A stretch of 64,000 nt of DNA, from assembly GCA_048887225.1 (NCBI GenBank), contig JBHLJY010000006.1, positions 1-64,000 of the forward strand. The letters are read 5' to 3'. Origin of the DNA: Candidatus Hodarchaeota archaeon. GTDB lineage: Archaea; Asgardarchaeota; Lokiarchaeia; Sigyniarchaeales; SOKP01. The first letter of the stretch is position 1; each line of letters opens with the position of its first letter. The notes under the pieces were generated by a model that searched no databases, was not told the origin of the DNA, and saw nothing but the letters and a program-made list of their open reading frames with translations. The position numbers were made by a program, and so were the translations under genes. This document shows positions 1-9,496 of the stretch, in pieces.

Positions 1-87
1 TATTTTATATAAAGTACTTTAATTAATTTATTATTTCTTTAAGACTTAGAGAAGCTTATATCTTGAACTAAATATAAGATTTAAGGA

Positions 88-222
88 TTAAAGGTAATTT
101 TGATTTCTTGTAAAGCAATGTATCACACCTGTCCAATAATATTTGAGTAATACTGGAAATATGTCATACATAGCATCTTTATAAATAAAAACAAACAACT
201 GAAATTCATCAATAATTAGGCA
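88..222 (-). pseudogene. Decayed TatD-like nuclease fragment
   Basis: Manual minus-strand translation CLIIDEFQLFVFIYKDAMYDIFPVLLKYYWTGVIHCFTRNQNYL* resembles the TatD segment 'L..PVFxH.RDA...F..LL....GVxHCFTG'. The first His and the Gly after HCFT are lost, and there is an early stop. Confidence 0.5.
104..166. repeat. Left copy of imperfect direct repeat bracketing the 18-kb metal-cofactor locus
   Basis: TTTCTTGTAAAGCAATGTATCACACCTGTCCAATAATATTTGAGTAATA (104-152) matches 18298-18346 at 45/49, with a gapped extension to ...ATGTCA (166/18359). Confidence 0.9.
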
Positions 223-353
223 TATATTTTTTTTTAATTAGTTTTGAATATTTTCATATAATTATTTTTTAAATACCTGAACCTAAAAAAAGAAAATATT
301 AAAAATTCAATATTAACAATAATTTTATTACAAATACATTTTTGTAAATAACT

Positions 354-977
354 ATGATTAGTTTCCATTATTCCCAGATATTTCTTCTGATATATATAAT
401 CATAATAGTGGTAGGATACTTCTTAACATATGGAAGAGTAGAGGGTAAGCATGAGAAATCAATTAGTGAAGAATATGGAAGACAGACAAAAGCTAAAATC
501 TTTGGAATTGGTTTCGGCTTAATAATGTTAATGTGGATCTTTTTAATCGTGCTATATTTTTTCGTTTATGATAGCGTTAATTGGTTCTTTAAAATATCTA
601 TATTAGATAATGATTTAATTAAAATAATAGCAATGAGTATCATGTGTTTTGCTTTTCTTTTAATCTTTCTTTTTACAATTAATGTAGGTAAATCAATTAA
701 AAATGCAGAAATTTCAGGTGAGAAATCCCAATTAATAACATCTGGAATTTATCGCTTTATTCGCCATCCAGCATATACCGCTTTCATATTAGATGTATTT
801 GGGACTTTTTTTATTATTCCTAACCTCCTTATATTATCATTTCTATTATGTACTGTTATTGTAATGTATGGGCATTCCAACGAAGAGGAGAAAATTCTTA
901 TTAAGATGTATGGGAGTGAATATGAGGAATATAAGAAAAAAGCTGGAAGATTTTTACCAAAAATAAAAAGAAAATGA
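354..977 (+). CDS. Isoprenylcysteine carboxyl methyltransferase / PEMT family membrane protein
   Basis: Multiple TM segments; LITSGIYRFIRHPAY and EEEKILIKMYGSEYEEYKKKAGRFLP motifs. Confidence 0.85.
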   Translation: MISFHYSQIFLLIYIIIIVVGYFLTYGRVEGKHEKSISEEYGRQTKAKIFGIGFGLIMLMWIFLIVLYFFVYDSVNWFFKISILDNDLIKIIAMSIMCFAFLLIFLFTINVGKSIKNAEISGEKSQLITSGIYRFIRHPAYTAFILDVFGTFFIIPNLLILSFLLCTVIVMYGHSNEEEKILIKMYGSEYEEYKKKAGRFLPKIKRK

Positions 978-1132
978 TGGATGTATCGAATTATATAGAT
1001 GTGTATAAAATGAATCATAAGATAAATTTCGAACTTGAAAAGTAAATATTTTCATTTATAGATTTGATAAATCTTGATACAATTTCACTTTTATAAAGTA
1101 TATAAATTAATTATATTTATATAAAAAAGTAG

Positions 1133-1148
1133 ATGAATAATCATTCAT
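1133..1148. promoter_or_regulatory. 16-bp palindromic operator, copy 1 (ATGAATAATCATTCAT)
   Basis: Upstream of DUF5320-dtxR; motif recurs 8 times in the locus. Confidence 0.8.
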
Positions 1149-1193
1149 TTTATGCTACTATCCTATTATGAGTTAGGAGTAATTCTTGGGGGT

Positions 1194-1209
1194 GTGAATA
1201 ATCATTCAT
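1194..1209. promoter_or_regulatory. 16-bp operator, copy 2 (GTGAATAATCATTCAT)
   Basis: 61 bp after copy 1, followed closely by TATA-like TTTAAATA. Confidence 0.8.
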
Positions 1210-1284
1210 ATTTAAATATTAATGTTTCTTTTATTATATTAGAAAAAAAAAATTAAATCTAAAAAAAAGAGTTGATAAAAAAAA

Positions 1285-1668
1285 ATGCCTAGAGGAGATG
1301 GTACGGGACCTTGGGGTCAAGGTCCTATAACTGGCAGAGGATTAGGCTATTGTACTGGATATGACACACCAGGCTATGCCAAAGCTCCTGGAATGGGATT
1401 AAGAAGAGGATTAAGATCGGGTTTTGGATTAGGTTATGGGAGAGGAGCTGGTTGGCGTAGAGGGACCGGGAGAAGATTTAGTGGTTACTGGGGCTATGGC
1501 GTTACAAATGTAGTTCCACTTCCCATTTATTCACCTCCAATTACGCCTGAAACTCAATTGAATATGCTTAAGCAAGAGAAACAATTTTTAGAATCTGATA
1601 TAGAAGGGATAAAAAGTGCAATAGACGATATCTCTAAAAGAATTGAGGAATTAGAAAAAACTGAATAA
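1285..1668 (+). CDS. DUF5320 family Gly/Arg-rich protein with C-terminal coiled coil
   Basis: N-terminus MPRGDGTGPWGQGPITGRGLGYC is characteristic; C-terminal heptads LKQEKQFLESDIEGIKSAIDDISKRIEELE. Confidence 0.85.
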   Translation: MPRGDGTGPWGQGPITGRGLGYCTGYDTPGYAKAPGMGLRRGLRSGFGLGYGRGAGWRRGTGRRFSGYWGYGVTNVVPLPIYSPPITPETQLNMLKQEKQFLESDIEGIKSAIDDISKRIEELEKTE

Positions 1669-1718
1669 TTCCTTTATTTTTTTTTAATTGAAAATTCATA
1701 TTATAATTTTAAAATCAA

Positions 1719-2090
1719 ATGAAAGACTTAAATGAAAGTTATGAAGATTATTTAAAAGCCATTTATATCATTTCAAGAAGAAACAAAGGTGGTTGGGTTT
1801 CCAATTTAGAGATTTCTGAATGCTTAAATGTTAAACCACCCTCAGTGTCTGATATGCTACATAAATTAAAAGAGAAAGGATTAGTAAATTGGGAACCAAG
1901 AAAATCAATACGATTAACAGATAAAGGAAAGGAAATAGCAATCAAAATGATTCAGAATTATAACATTTTGTATAAATTTTTTAAACAAATCTTAAAAATA
2001 AAAGATAATTCATTATTGGAAGATCTTTGCTGCGGTATTGAGCATCATATGACTCCAGAAATATCTGAATCTTTACAGGGTTTATTATGA
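1719..2090 (+). CDS. DtxR/MntR family metal-dependent transcriptional regulator (no FeoA domain)
   Basis: EDYLKAIY, wHTH LNVKPPSVSDMLHKL, IRLTDKG, CGIEHHM. Confidence 0.9.
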   Translation: MKDLNESYEDYLKAIYIISRRNKGGWVSNLEISECLNVKPPSVSDMLHKLKEKGLVNWEPRKSIRLTDKGKEIAIKMIQNYNILYKFFKQILKIKDNSLLEDLCCGIEHHMTPEISESLQGLL

Positions 2091-2110
2091 ATAAATTTAG
2101 TTTTAAATAA

Positions 2111-3049
2111 TTATTTAATGGCATTTAATTTCCAAAAGATCTTATTGTTATAAATTATCCTTTTAATCATTTTTCGATATTCAAGTGTTATTAATCTCTG
2201 TAAAATTTTTTCTCGGTCGAAATTACTAGAAGAAAAAGTCTCAATAATTTGATCTTGTCTCATAGGATGTCTTTTAATTATTGATAGAAATTCTTTTTCA
2301 AAATCTGAAGAATATATATGAAATTTTCCCATCTCAGGATAATGAATATCAGAATATTCAACGAAAACTTTATTCAATAATGAAATAAAATTTTTATTTG
2401 GTATTTTAACCCACTTTTCAGTAGGAGGTCTTATAGGAACATTTATATCAATTCTATCAGGCTTTATTAAATCAATTTTTTCTTTTATTTTTAATAACTC
2501 ATTCTTGGAATCATTAATCCCATTCATTATCATAATTTCAATCCAAAATTTTCCCTCGTAAGATTTCCTAAACTCTATAAATCCTTGGATTATATCATCA
2601 TATTTAATTGAAGGATAAGGGCGATTAATTTTAATAAATAAATTTTCATCACCAGCATCTAAACTAGGTAAGATTACATCAGCATGCATAAGTGCATTGC
2701 TGACTTCTTCATTATTTAATAATGCGCCATTTGTAATTATGCAGATGGGCTTTTTTGATGCTTTTTTTGTATTTAAAATCAAATCTCCTAAATCTTTATA
2801 TAAAGTTGGTTCTCCGCTGCCAACAAAAGTTATATAATCTATTTCTTTTTCATTTTGTTTAACTGCTTCTCTAATTTCATAGTTAATATCTTCTTTTGGA
2901 TAATAGTTTCTCCGTTTATTTGTAAAATGGGTCGTTTTTCCTAATTGACAATAGATACATTGGAAATTACAAGTTTTTGAAGGAATAGGATCTATCCCTA
3001 ATGATCTTCCTAATCTCCTGCTCGGCACAGGTCCATAGACATACTTCAT
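2111..3049 (-). CDS. Radical SAM Fe-S oxidoreductase (COG0731-type)
   Basis: YGPVPSRRLGRSLGID, CNFQCIYC (CxxxCxxC), GSGEPTL, ITNG. Confidence 0.9.
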   Translation of the reverse strand: MKYVYGPVPSRRLGRSLGIDPIPSKTCNFQCIYCQLGKTTHFTNKRRNYYPKEDINYEIREAVKQNEKEIDYITFVGSGEPTLYKDLGDLILNTKKASKKPICIITNGALLNNEEVSNALMHADVILPSLDAGDENLFIKINRPYPSIKYDDIIQGFIEFRKSYEGKFWIEIMIMNGINDSKNELLKIKEKIDLIKPDRIDINVPIRPPTEKWVKIPNKNFISLLNKVFVEYSDIHYPEMGKFHIYSSDFEKEFLSIIKRHPMRQDQIIETFSSSNFDREKILQRLITLEYRKMIKRIIYNNKIFWKLNAIK

Positions 3050-3072
3050 TTAGTCTTTCAATATGAATATTA

Positions 3073-3816
3073 TTACATTAAAATAATTAAGACAATAATT
3101 CCAATTCCTGCTAAAATCAAGATTATTTGCCTAATGCCATATCCTAATCCTACATTCCGATGTAAATCAGGTGTTAAATCTGATAGCGCAATATATACAA
3201 AACTTGCTGCTGAAATTGCGATAATAAAAGGGATGGTGGAACTTACAATATCTAAAATATAATAACCAAGAATAGCTGCAGGAATGGTAGTCGAACTTGA
3301 TAAAAGATTTAGTAGAAATGCTTTTCTTTTTGAGTATTGATTTTGAAGGAGAATACCAAAATCACCAATTTCTTGTGGAATTTCATGCGTTAATACTGAA
3401 AAACTAATTATTATTCCAAGTGGAATAGAAATTAAAAAACTTGCCGCAATAACAATACCGTCTATAAGATTATGGAATGCATCACCAATTAGAATGATAG
3501 GACCTGCCGCACTATGGACTTCGCATGTTTCAACACGACAGTGGTGCCAAATTATTATCTTTTCGAGAAGGAAAAAAAAGATAATTCCGCCCAGAAAAAA
3601 TGACATAATAATCGAAGGATCGCTCTGAGATATGGCTTTTGGTATCATTACTAATAGGGCAACTGCGAGTAAAGTACCTGTAGCGTATGCAATTAAACAG
3701 GATACTAGAATTGTCTGAATCCTTTTTTTAAACAAGAGAAAAAGTCCTGCCGCAATTACCGCTCCAATACTACCTAAAATACTGAAAAAAACAATCAATG
3801 TTAAAATTCTAATCAA
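3073..3816 (-). CDS. ZIP family divalent metal transporter
   Basis: WHHC loop, GDAFHNLIDG, HEIPQEIGDFG; 4-bp overlap with the upstream scaffold gene. Confidence 0.92.
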   Translation of the reverse strand: MIRILTLIVFFSILGSIGAVIAAGLFLLFKKRIQTILVSCLIAYATGTLLAVALLVMIPKAISQSDPSIIMSFFLGGIIFFFLLEKIIIWHHCRVETCEVHSAAGPIILIGDAFHNLIDGIVIAASFLISIPLGIIISFSVLTHEIPQEIGDFGILLQNQYSKRKAFLLNLLSSSTTIPAAILGYYILDIVSSTIPFIIAISAASFVYIALSDLTPDLHRNVGLGYGIRQIILILAGIGIIVLIILM

Positions 3817-4253
3817 CTCCTATCATATTTATATTTTTCAATTACGCGCTTTAAAGTTCTAATTGCCAATTCTGCGCAATGTTTATGATCATCAGGTAAC
3901 CCTTTTAATGCTTTGTCAATATCTTCTGGATTTAAGCTTTCAGCAAAATCTAAAGATTTGCCCTCAATCATAAGTGTCGTCTGGCTTCCTGAGGCTACAG
4001 TTGCTCCACACCCATCTGTAATAAAATTTGCTTTTTCGATTATATTATTATTAATTTTTAAAAAGAACTGCATCGTATCCCCGCAAGGACCTTCATAAGC
4101 ATGCCATACACTTATTTTATTTTCTTGTGGTTTTCCCCAATTTTTTGGATTATGGAATAATCCAACAATATATTCATTATATTGCTCTAGTTCTTTATCT
4201 ATAATTTCTTTTTGTAGTTTCTTAACAAACTCATCAAAATTTTCTTTAGACAT
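3813..4253 (-). CDS. IscU/NifU-N-like Fe-S scaffold protein
   Basis: HNPKNWG and three Cys motifs: GPCGD, DGCGA, HKHCAEL. Confidence 0.9.
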   Translation of the reverse strand: MSKENFDEFVKKLQKEIIDKELEQYNEYIVGLFHNPKNWGKPQENKISVWHAYEGPCGDTMQFFLKINNNIIEKANFITDGCGATVASGSQTTLMIEGKSLDFAESLNPEDIDKALKGLPDDHKHCAELAIRTLKRVIEKYKYDRS

Positions 4254-4289
4254 GGTACCTTAAAAAACTTCTTTTACAGTAAAACTAAA

Positions 4290-5162
4290 TTACTTTTCCA
4301 AAATTTCTTGAATATTCCTTACAGCTTCCTTGAAAGCTTTCGCACTCATACTATCTGAATATTTTATAATAAAAGGGAGACCTTGATCTCCTTGAATTCC
4401 TATTTCAACTTCAAAAGGAATTCTTCCCAATAGTCGAACATTGAAATCTTTAGCTGCTTTTTCAACACCTCCAGGAGGGTAAAGATCAATATATTTGCCG
4501 CAATGAGGACAGTCAAATCCGGACATGTTTTCAATAATCCCTAGAACATTTCTCTCCATAATTTGAGCCATTTTTATTGTCTTACGAGCATCCATAAGAG
4601 CAACTTCTTGTGGAGTAGACACAACAATAACATTTTCGTCAGGTATAAGCTGAAGAATATCTAAAGTCTCGTCAGAAGTTCCAGGGGGTAAATCACATAC
4701 TAAATAATCAAGCGCGCCCCAAATAGCGTCTCCAAGAAATTGTCGTACTACTCCCATTTTCATTGGTCCTCTCCAAATTACAGGTGAATCAGCACTTTCA
4801 ATAAGAAAGGCCATGCTCATAACTTTGGTATTTAAAGGTCCGTTAACTGGATAAAATTTTAGGGCTTCAGTGTCTACTCTTGGTTTTAATCCTGGGCTTA
4901 TTCCTAACATTTTCACAACATTAGGACCAGTAATATCGACATCTAATATTCCTATCCTTAATCCTATTCTAGCTAAACTTATGGCAAGATTTACAGCGAC
5001 GGTAGTTTTCCCAACCCCTCCTTTACCAGAAATAATCACAATCTTATGCTTAATTTTTTCCATATTTTTTTTAATTTCCTCCATACGTTGGTCCATGGCT
5101 TCTTTTTTGCCTTGTTCTACAGTTTCTTTTAAATTTATGTCCGGTACTTCATCTTCTTGCAT
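4290..5162 (-). CDS. mrp: Mrp/Nbp35 (ApbC) Fe-S carrier ATPase
   Basis: SGKGGVGKTT, DVDITGP, WRGPMK, DLPPGTSD, ENMSGFDCPHCG. ATG at 5162 preferred over the TTG at 5201. Confidence 0.93.
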   Translation of the reverse strand: MQEDEVPDINLKETVEQGKKEAMDQRMEEIKKNMEKIKHKIVIISGKGGVGKTTVAVNLAISLARIGLRIGILDVDITGPNVVKMLGISPGLKPRVDTEALKFYPVNGPLNTKVMSMAFLIESADSPVIWRGPMKMGVVRQFLGDAIWGALDYLVCDLPPGTSDETLDILQLIPDENVIVVSTPQEVALMDARKTIKMAQIMERNVLGIIENMSGFDCPHCGKYIDLYPPGGVEKAAKDFNVRLLGRIPFEVEIGIQGDQGLPFIIKYSDSMSAKAFKEAVRNIQEILEK

Positions 5163-5331
5163 GATTTCATAACCTACTTTACAATTATTTAATTTTTTCA
5201 AATCACAATTATTTCTATTTAACTTTATCTTTAGATTGCCTTGTATATTGTTTTATAAATTTTATTGAAGTGTTAATTTCAAATTTTGGGTTAACTTTTT
5301 ATAGAACAGATTTATTTAATATATAGATATA

Positions 5332-5347
5332 ATGAATAATTATTCAT
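5332..5347. promoter_or_regulatory. 16-bp operator, copy 3 (perfect palindrome ATGAATAATTATTCAT)
   Basis: In the divergent spacer between the mrp operon and the NifX-ATPase operon. Confidence 0.85.
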
Positions 5348-5396
5348 AAAATTTAAATTTAAGGAAAAAAAAAGATATTAATTAAGAATATGAGGA

Positions 5397-5843
5397 TTGA
5401 ATAATATGGTAATTGTAGTAGTTCCATCTTCTGGAAATGGTGGATTAAATGAATCTATGAACGAAAAGTTTGGTCGCTGCGACTCATTCACATTTGTAAC
5501 AATTGAAGATAAATCCATTAAAGAAGTTAAATCTGTATCTAATATGGCTTCAAATGCTATGGGAGGAGCTGGAATACAAGCTTCTCAAACTATAGGGAAC
5601 CATGGAGCCAACGTCGTAATTGTTGGAAACATAGGACCTAATGCTGCACAATCATTAGCCGCGTTGAATTTAAAGATTTATCAAGCCCCTAATGAACAGT
5701 TAACAGTAAAAAAAGTTATAGAATTGTATATTGAAGGGAAATTACAAGAAATGAGCGGTTCAAATGTCAGTGCCCATTTTGGGATGGGGGGAGGTCGCGG
5801 GATGGGGGGTGGACGAGGCAGGAGGGGGGGGCGCAATTTTTAA
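5397..5843 (+). CDS. NifB/NifX (ORP-like) cofactor-binding protein with Gly/Arg-rich tail
   Basis: FGRCDSF, GGAGIQA, GNIGPNA, C-terminal HFGMGGGRGMGGGRGRRGG; the start may be the ATG at 5406. Confidence 0.9.
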   Translation: MNNMVIVVVPSSGNGGLNESMNEKFGRCDSFTFVTIEDKSIKEVKSVSNMASNAMGGAGIQASQTIGNHGANVVIVGNIGPNAAQSLAALNLKIYQAPNEQLTVKKVIELYIEGKLQEMSGSNVSAHFGMGGGRGMGGGRGRRGGRNF

Positions 5844-5890
5844 TTCATCAGATTAAAATTCAATGTAGTCTTGCTTTAATAAAGTAAAAA

Positions 5891-6811
5891 ATGCCTAAAA
5901 GACCCAAAATAATCTGCGTTACAGGAGGTAAAGGAGGTACTGGAAAAACTTTATTTGCTGTTAATTTGGCAACAATGTTTAAAAATGAAGGTAAAAAGAT
6001 TTTATTAATTGATGGAGACGTTGAAAATCCCAATACATATTTATTATTAGGTAGCGATCTTGAAAATAAAGAATCCGTTTTATTTTTTAAACCCAAAATT
6101 ATTGAAGAAAAATGTACTAAATGCGGTTTATGTGCTGAAAATTGTGCTCCTCATGCATTATTGCATATAAAAGACACATATCCGATACCAATTTTACCGG
6201 TTTGTTCTGGTTGTAAGTTATGTTATAAAATCTGTCCAGAAAAAGCGATTGAAGCAGATCAGAAGATTATTGGCTGGACATATTCAACAAAAAAAGATGG
6301 AATTTCACTCCTAATAGGAGAATTAAAACCAACTGAAGCCCGATCTGCTGCTGTAATAGAAGTTCTTCTTGAAAAACTTGATGATTTTATTAATAAAGAG
6401 CCAAGAAAATTCGATTATATTATTTTAGATACCGCTCCTGGTGCTCACTGTGATGTTGAATTATTGATTGATAAGGCAGATATAGTAATACCAGTAACAG
6501 AACCCACAGAATTTGGAAAATTAGATTTACTAAGGATAATTGAGCTGATTGAGTTAATAAATAAGGATTATCGAGCAATTGTAAATAGATCATCATTACT
6601 GGGATATAGAAATCAATTTTTAGAAGAGTTGGAAAAGAAGGATATAAAGATTTTAGGGGATATACCTTTAGATGACGACATTGTCAATTCATATTGTCAA
6701 GGAATCCCTTTAATGGACGAGAATAGTAAATTTAAAGGTGGAGAAGGATATAAATCATTTCAAAAAATATTTGAAAATTTGAAAATATGGGTACAAACAA
6801 ATAATACATAG
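5891..6811 (+). CDS. MinD-superfamily P-loop ATPase with inserted 2x[4Fe-4S] ferredoxin (COG1149)
   Basis: GGKGGTGKT, DGDVENPN, CTKCGLCAENC, CSGCKLCYKICP, DTAPGAHC, VTEPTEFG. Confidence 0.9.
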   Translation: MPKRPKIICVTGGKGGTGKTLFAVNLATMFKNEGKKILLIDGDVENPNTYLLLGSDLENKESVLFFKPKIIEEKCTKCGLCAENCAPHALLHIKDTYPIPILPVCSGCKLCYKICPEKAIEADQKIIGWTYSTKKDGISLLIGELKPTEARSAAVIEVLLEKLDDFINKEPRKFDYIILDTAPGAHCDVELLIDKADIVIPVTEPTEFGKLDLLRIIELIELINKDYRAIVNRSSLLGYRNQFLEELEKKDIKILGDIPLDDDIVNSYCQGIPLMDENSKFKGGEGYKSFQKIFENLKIWVQTNNT

Positions 6812-6826
6812 AAAAGAGGAAATGAT

Positions 6827-7753
6827 ATGGAAAGAAAGTCTGTAGGTATAATATCAGGTAAAGGTGGCGTTGGAAAAACATCGTTAACAGCATCATTAGC
6901 AGATCTTGTAAGAAAAGATAATGAAATAAATGCGATAATCTTAGATTGTGATGTCGATGCGCCTAATTTAGCGCTAATTCTTCCTGCAGATTCACATGAG
7001 AAAATAAAATCAATTGATATATTTACAACATTAAAAGCCATTTTTGTTGAGGCAAAATGTGTTCAATGCAATCAATGTATCGATGATCATTTCTGCGAAT
7101 TTAATGCTTTAAAATGGGATGAAACTAAATCTATTCCGTATATTGATTATTTGGCATGTGAAGGCTGTGGTGCATGTAAAGTTTTATGCCCAGAACAAGC
7201 ATTTGAAATAAACATTGTAAAAAGTGGAGAAATAATTTATTTTAAAACTAACTTCAGTTTACCCTTAGTATATGGTAAAACAAGGCTTGGTAGTACAACC
7301 TCTGGAAAATTGGTTTCAGATGTTAAAAAATTTGCACAGAATATTGATGATTTTGAAAATTTTAATTTGATTTTAATAGATGGACCTCCTGGTATAGGAT
7401 GCCCTGTAATTGCAACAGTTACGGGATTGGATTATATTATTACAATAACAGAACCGACACCCTCTGGATTACATGATCTTGCAAGAGCAATTGAGGTTGT
7501 ACAACAGTTCGAAATTCCTTTTAGTATTGTAATAAATAAATTCGATTTAAAAAGTCCTTTTCAAGATGAATTTAAACATTATATTGATGATACTGGCTAT
7601 AGTATTTTAGGAAGAATACCTTTTGATTTAGAAATACCTAAAGCAATGTCCTATGCTAAAACAGTTGTAGATTATGCTCCATATTCAAAGGCTAGTTTAG
7701 CCATTAAGGAGATATATAAAAAGCTAAAAAAAATCTTATGGAATACTAATTAA
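6827..7753 (+). CDS. MinD-superfamily P-loop ATPase with inserted ferredoxin (COG1149), second paralog
   Basis: SGKGGVGKTS, DCDVDAPN, CVQCNQC, CEGCGACKVLCP, SGKLV, DGPPGIGCPV, TEPTPSGLHDL. Confidence 0.92.
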   Translation: MERKSVGIISGKGGVGKTSLTASLADLVRKDNEINAIILDCDVDAPNLALILPADSHEKIKSIDIFTTLKAIFVEAKCVQCNQCIDDHFCEFNALKWDETKSIPYIDYLACEGCGACKVLCPEQAFEINIVKSGEIIYFKTNFSLPLVYGKTRLGSTTSGKLVSDVKKFAQNIDDFENFNLILIDGPPGIGCPVIATVTGLDYIITITEPTPSGLHDLARAIEVVQQFEIPFSIVINKFDLKSPFQDEFKHYIDDTGYSILGRIPFDLEIPKAMSYAKTVVDYAPYSKASLAIKEIYKKLKKILWNTN

Positions 7754-7812
7754 CTCTGATATTATAATCTTTATAAGGAAATTATTTAATAATTACCCTT
7801 AAATTCATAGTT

Positions 7813-8232
7813 TTAAATAAGTTCTCTAACAAAGTAATAGACATTTTTTGAATTACACTTAACACAAAAAACTTTTTGTTCTTTGGATGCAGATCTATCT
7901 TCCCATTCATGATTGCAATCTAAACATCCATACCCAATAAAAGTTACTTTATAATCAAATTCGCCACCAAAAACCTTAATTATTTTTCCCTCGATCAGAG
8001 CTTGAGTGATTTTTTGGTGAGCTCTATCTATGATACGTGAAAATGTAGGTTGACTTATACCCATCCATTCAGCTGCCTTCTCCTGATTCAATTTCATATA
8101 ATGTTTAAGACGCAACGCCTCAAATTCTGTAACGGCTAAAATAATACAATCATCCATTTTAGTTTTCTCACTAGAGAAATAAAAGTTATCAGGTTGTCGG
8201 CCAACCCATCTGCGGCGATATTTTCTTCCCAT
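7813..8232 (-). CDS. DUF134 HTH protein with C-terminal zinc ribbon (putative regulator)
   Basis: EFEALRLKHYMKLNQEKAAEWMGISQPTFSRIIDRAHQKITQALIEGK; CLDC...CVKC. Confidence 0.9.
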   Translation of the reverse strand: MGRKYRRRWVGRQPDNFYFSSEKTKMDDCIILAVTEFEALRLKHYMKLNQEKAAEWMGISQPTFSRIIDRAHQKITQALIEGKIIKVFGGEFDYKVTFIGYGCLDCNHEWEDRSASKEQKVFCVKCNSKNVYYFVRELI

Positions 8233-8387
8233 ATCGAATCAACTAAAGATTTATCAACATGAAATCTAAGTAAAAAAAAAATGTAATATTAATATTTATT
8301 TAATTTAATTTTAATAATTAATTATTCAATATACTCAATAAGTCAAGTCCATTAATCAGAATTCCATATTTTAATTTTATTTTATTT

Positions 8388-8403
8388 TTGAATAATTATT
8401 CAT
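8388..8403. promoter_or_regulatory. 16-bp operator, copy 4 (TTGAATAATTATTCAT)
   Basis: In the divergent spacer between DUF134 and the second NifX gene. Confidence 0.8.
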
Positions 8404-8472
8404 TAAATTTAAATTTTATAAAAGTATATTACTCTTTAGATAAATAAATTAAGATAAAGGTAGATAATAAAG

Positions 8473-8880
8473 ATGAAAATTGCAATTAGTTCAGATTCGG
8501 GAGAAGTCTCTCCGCATTTTGGTCGCGCTCCAGAATTTACTTTTATTACAATTGAAGATAATAGAGTAGTTAAAAAAGACGTGTTTCCCAATCCAGGACA
8601 TACTGTGGGAAACATACCCCAATTTATAGATGAACAAGGAGCAAAATGCATTATTACAGGTGGAATGGGTCCACGAGCGGTCCAATTTTTCAATCAATTT
8701 GGTATAGATGTTATCATGGGTGTTAGTGGAAATATCGATGATACTGTTGAAAAGATATTAAATGGAACTCTAGAAGGTGGAGAAAGTCTATGCTCACCAG
8801 GTGGGGGTAAAGGTTATGGGATTGATAAAATTCATACTGAGGCTGATAACGATCATGACCATTATCATCCCCATCTTTAA
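8473..8880 (+). CDS. NifB/NifX family protein with His-rich C-terminus
   Basis: MKIAI, VSPHFGRAPEF, NPGH, ITGGMGPRA, tail HTEADNDHDHYHPHL. Confidence 0.9.
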   Translation: MKIAISSDSGEVSPHFGRAPEFTFITIEDNRVVKKDVFPNPGHTVGNIPQFIDEQGAKCIITGGMGPRAVQFFNQFGIDVIMGVSGNIDDTVEKILNGTLEGGESLCSPGGGKGYGIDKIHTEADNDHDHYHPHL

Positions 8881-8934
8881 TTCTAAATCCTAATAAAAGA
8901 ACATTAGAATAAAAAATAAAAAAAATTAGAATTA

Positions 8935-9441
8935 TTATCTAATTTGTACTTTTGGTGTAATTTTAGAAGCGCCTCCAAAATTGGTAACAACAGGACAATG
9001 GCTAAAGACTTTATCCATTAACTCGTTAATTTTTTCTTCTGGAGCATCCGCCTTGATTCTGATCACAGGCTCAAGTTTGTCGTATCCTGCTAATTTAGAA
9101 TCATCAATTCCAAAAATTGCACCTAAATTAATATGTCCTCGAGAAAAAACTTTCAGTTCTTCTATCTTTATATCCATAATTTTGGCCCAAAATTTGGTCA
9201 CAGCAATAATGCAAGCGCCAATTGAAGATAGTATTACTAATAAAGGAGATGGTCCTTTATTTGTACCATCTAATCCACCAGGAGCATCAATAAGTAATTT
9301 AAAAGGGTCTCCTGCTGGATTTCCCATCGTACACATAACTTGCATGCCGTCTGAAAGCATTTCACATTCTATATTAAAGTTCTTCTCTCCCGCATTCCAA
9401 TCTACCTTAATAGCATCATAAGTTCCTTTAAAACTTGGCAT
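8935..9441 (-). CDS. OsmC/Ohr family protein
   Basis: DAPGGLDGTNKGPSP, SIGAC, HCPV (two conserved Cys). Confidence 0.85.
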   Translation of the reverse strand: MPSFKGTYDAIKVDWNAGEKNFNIECEMLSDGMQVMCTMGNPAGDPFKLLIDAPGGLDGTNKGPSPLLVILSSIGACIIAVTKFWAKIMDIKIEELKVFSRGHINLGAIFGIDDSKLAGYDKLEPVIRIKADAPEEKINELMDKVFSHCPVVTNFGGASKITPKVQIR

Positions 9442-9496
9442 TTTTTCTTACACTTTTTAATTTTCATAAATTATTTTTTACATTTAATCAAAATTT

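Noticed and set aside
974-1045. 23-aa ORF overlapping the ICMT stop (ATGA)
   Set aside because: Too short and without recognisable features.
8314-8329. Extra operator ATAATTAATTATTCAA near DUF134
   Set aside because: 13/16 match in nearly pure AT sequence; cannot be separated from background.
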